Source: Cyanobacteriota bacterium (lineage in GTDB: Bacteria; Cyanobacteriota; Cyanobacteriia; Thermostichales; Thermostichaceae). From it: a DNA stretch of 64,000 nucleotides. Location of the stretch: contig JANRIL010000031.1 of NCBI GenBank assembly GCA_033764955.1, positions 10,534-74,533 of the forward strand. Reading direction: 5' to 3'. Below the pieces are notes generated by a model that did not search any database, was not told where the DNA came from, and was given only the letters and a program-made list of their open reading frames with translations. Positions 61,406-64,000 of this stretch are shown piece by piece; the first letter of the stretch is position 1, and every line of letters starts with the position of its first letter. A program made the translations under genes and the position numbers.

Positions 61406-61948
61406 ATGGACAGCTCCCTGACTGTTACCCAAATTTTTGACCAGATTGAACAAGAATTGGGGGCAGGTATGGTGCCGCGCATTTTCCGCTTGCTCGAACC
61501 CTACCCCGATCTGCTCACTCATATCTGGGGACAATTTCGCACCACCGTGCTCCAGGGATCCCTACCGCGCATTCTCAAGGAAATGATGGGGCTGGTAGTA
61601 GCCACCGCTACCCACTGCGAGTATGTACGGGTTGTCCATCTGCATAGCTTGATGTTGCAGGGTGTAGAAGATCGGGTGTTGGAGGCTGTTAAACAGGGGC
61701 ACTATCAGGCGGAAGGGCTGAGTCGATTAACCCAACAGGCATTACAGGTTGCGGTTTTGGCGGTTAAAACTCGTGCTGCCTACGACTGGGAGGATGGCTG
61801 GCAAGACTGGCGAAGCAAAGTATCGGAGTCGTTAACCACTATTGATTTAGAAGCGGAAGAAAAACTAGAACTGGTGGCCACGATAGCCCTATTCGAACAG
61901 ATTTGTACGGTGGCCAACCTTTTGCAACTGGATCCCCAATATCCTTAG
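61406..61948 (+). CDS. Carboxymuconolactone decarboxylase / AhpD-like protein with a single Cys
   Basis: G.VPRIFR, L.RILKEMMGLVVA...CEYVRVVH and E..ELVATIA motifs. Confidence 0.78.
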   Translation: MDSSLTVTQIFDQIEQELGAGMVPRIFRLLEPYPDLLTHIWGQFRTTVLQGSLPRILKEMMGLVVATATHCEYVRVVHLHSLMLQGVEDRVLEAVKQGHYQAEGLSRLTQQALQVAVLAVKTRAAYDWEDGWQDWRSKVSESLTTIDLEAEEKLELVATIALFEQICTVANLLQLDPQYP

Positions 61949-62012
61949 CTAAAAACATTTTTGTGAAATCTAATTTTTTTGAATATCTAGAGATTTTTTA
62001 GAAATCAAGGCG

Positions 62013-63884
62013 ATGAAGCTTCCCAATTTAGGTCAAGCCAAAGAATTAAAAAGAGGGGATCCCTTTCCTCAGGAAACCCTATGGTTATTGGGGGAGTTGA
62101 GCAGTGAATTGTCTAGCGTAGAAGATTTGGGAGATTTGCAACGCTTACTGAGCCGCAAACTGCGCTGGCTGATTAACTTTGACTGTTGCACATTGGCGAT
62201 TCGGCTATCGGATCCGGATCCCACCTATCAGATCATGGATCTTTCCCGCCCCCATCGCTTGACTATCTTACAAAAAGCAATAGCACAATCCGGCTGGGTG
62301 GGATTGTCTCTATCAACGGGCAAACCCTATCTTATTGCGGATATTAAGCAGCTTCCCCTGGGGCTACAGGCTCCCCCAGAACTGGGAATAGGGATTGATG
62401 AAAATACTCAGTCTTTAATGATTTTTCCCCTCAGAGCCAAAGGTCGCACTATCGGATCCCTCAATTTTAGCTGGCGTTTTGCCCATGGTTATTCCCAGGC
62501 TGATCAAAATTTAACGGCTCTCTTGGCAACCCAAATATCCGGTTATTTGGCCTCATTATTAGCTAGTCAAAAAAGTCAAACTGCATTGGCTCAATTGCAT
62601 CAATCAGAAGTAACCTTAAAACGGTCTCTAGAATTTCAATATCGATTAATGGAGTCAGTGGGTAGTGCCATCTTTGTCCTTGATTTACAGGGGCAGATTA
62701 CTATTGCTAATTCGACGATGGTACAACTCACCGGATATTCACAAGCTACGTTGCTGACAAAAACTTTTTACGAGCTATTTCAAAGCTCTGATGCCACTAA
62801 AGTCAGGCAACAGTTTGAGACGGTGGCTTTACTGGGAATGTCAATTTTGGATGGATTGGCTAGCTTGTACCCTCAACGGGGAGAGCCGATTCCCATTCAC
62901 TTTCGTTTGGCTCCGCTCTACGAATCTGGCATGATCGCCTCGGTAGTTGGGATAGCCCAGGATGTTAGTCACCAGCAGCTTATCGAACAATCTCTACGCT
63001 GGCGGATGCAACAACAGGCGATTGTAGCCGATCTGGGTCAGCAAGCTTTACAAGGGATCCCTCTATTGACGTTGATGCAAAATGCTGTGGCTCTTGTGGT
63101 GGCGGGATTAGGTGTTCCTTACGGACTCATTTTGCAATTTTTGCCGGAACAGCAGCAGTTTTGTTGGCTAGCTGGAGTGGGCTGGCAAGATGATTGGCAA
63201 TATCCCTTGACGGTTCCAGTTAACCAAGATTTTGCCACCGGATTTACGTTGCTTTTCGATCAGCCGATTGTAATCAGAGATCTACGAGTGGAAACCCGTT
63301 TTCAAGGATCCCCCTGGCTTCACGAAGAGGGAATAATTAGTGGCGTGAGTTTATTGATTGGTGGTCAGGAGCACCCCTTTGGAGTGTTGGGGATATATAG
63401 CCGCGAGTTGAGAAACTTTAGTGATGATGACATTCATTTCGTTCAGGCAATTAGCAATGTATTGGCTTTAGCTATAGAACGCAGTCAATCAGAAGAAAAA
63501 CTGGATCAGAATCAGCAACATTTGAAAACTATTTTAGATAATTCCCCTGATATCATTGCTCGATTGGATCGAAGCTATCGGCATTTATATGTTAATCAAG
63601 CCGCCAAGCTTGCTTCTGGATTTGAACCCGACTTTTTCTTAGGAAAAACCCAACGGGAGCTACAGTTAGACTTAGATATGAGTGATGAAAATCTTCTGCA
63701 ATGGGAGAATCTTTTGGCAAAAGTGTTAACAAATGGGGAAGAACAGGTATACGAGTCGGACTTTTTCACACCACAAGGGATCCGACACTATCAGTCCTTT
63801 ATGGTGCCGGAGCGAGATGATCAAGATCAAATTACGTCTATTTTGGTAATTAGTCGTGATACAGCTTTTTCGTTATTTACATAG
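62013..63884 (+). pseudogene. GAF-PAS-GAF-PAS sensor protein truncated by IS insertion
   Basis: GAF (IGSLNF, FSDDDIHFVQAISNVLA) and PAS (AIFVLD..G.I, PDIIARLD) domains; last PAS ends ISRD and runs into IS-derived sequence, with no output domain. Confidence 0.75.
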
Positions 63885-64000
63885 AACATGAATGAGTTAA
63901 GGTTAGAGAGGTTGAGTTTTCCAACAGCATGAGCCGTTATTCCCTTGACCTCCGAAAGAAAGTGGTAGCAGCCTATCATCTCGGCAATACCTCCATCCGC
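63860..64000 (+). mobile_element. Left end of an IS630-family insertion sequence (partial)
   Basis: TA at 63860-63861 followed by CAGC...; transposase start 68 bp later. Confidence 0.75.
63929..64000 (+). CDS. IS630-family transposase, N-terminus (runs off window)
   Basis: MSRYSLDLRKKVVAAYHLGNTSIR matches the YSLDLR HTH start of IS630 transposases. Confidence 0.82.
   Translation, partial: MSRYSLDLRKKVVAAYHLGNTSIR

Noticed and set aside
62013..63884. Naturally output-less sensor protein
   Set aside because: Better explained by IS630 truncation at 63860

Overview
Cyanobacterial chromosome segment. The very frequent octamer GGGATCCC, used in place of classical HIP1 GCGATCGC, points to the deep-branching Thermostichus / Synechococcus OS-A/OS-B' type lineage (inference). 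Core genes include a cysteine synthase, tRNA-Leu(GAG), rpsB-tsf with a t44/S2 leader, xseAB, murD-ftsW, metH, ycf4, ppa, the rplC-secY-adk-map ribosomal protein cluster, an NTRC-type thioredoxin reductase-thioredoxin fusion and menD. There are three accessory patches. (1) An AT-richer alkanesulfonate utilisation cluster (two ssuA, ssuD, cupin, ssuE, ssuC, ssuB, NIL) at about 4.7-13.1 kb. (2) A decaying patch between ycf4 and ppa at about 34.2-40.5 kb. It holds an intact-looking integron gene cassette (87-bp attC, complementary core site at the cassette start, low-GC HNH-like ORF) and a second truncated attC, with no integrase in the window. It also holds a glutaredoxin/MauE gene broken at a GGGATCCC site, back-to-back MerR-type promoters, an antiporter with a candidate structured leader, a MerR pseudogene and CopM-like genes with CopR-like boxes. 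(3) At the right end, an orphan His-box membrane di-iron enzyme, an unknown secreted protein, and a single-Cys AhpD-like protein next to a GAF/PAS sensor cut by an IS630-family insertion. All assignments are by motif recognition; no searches were run.
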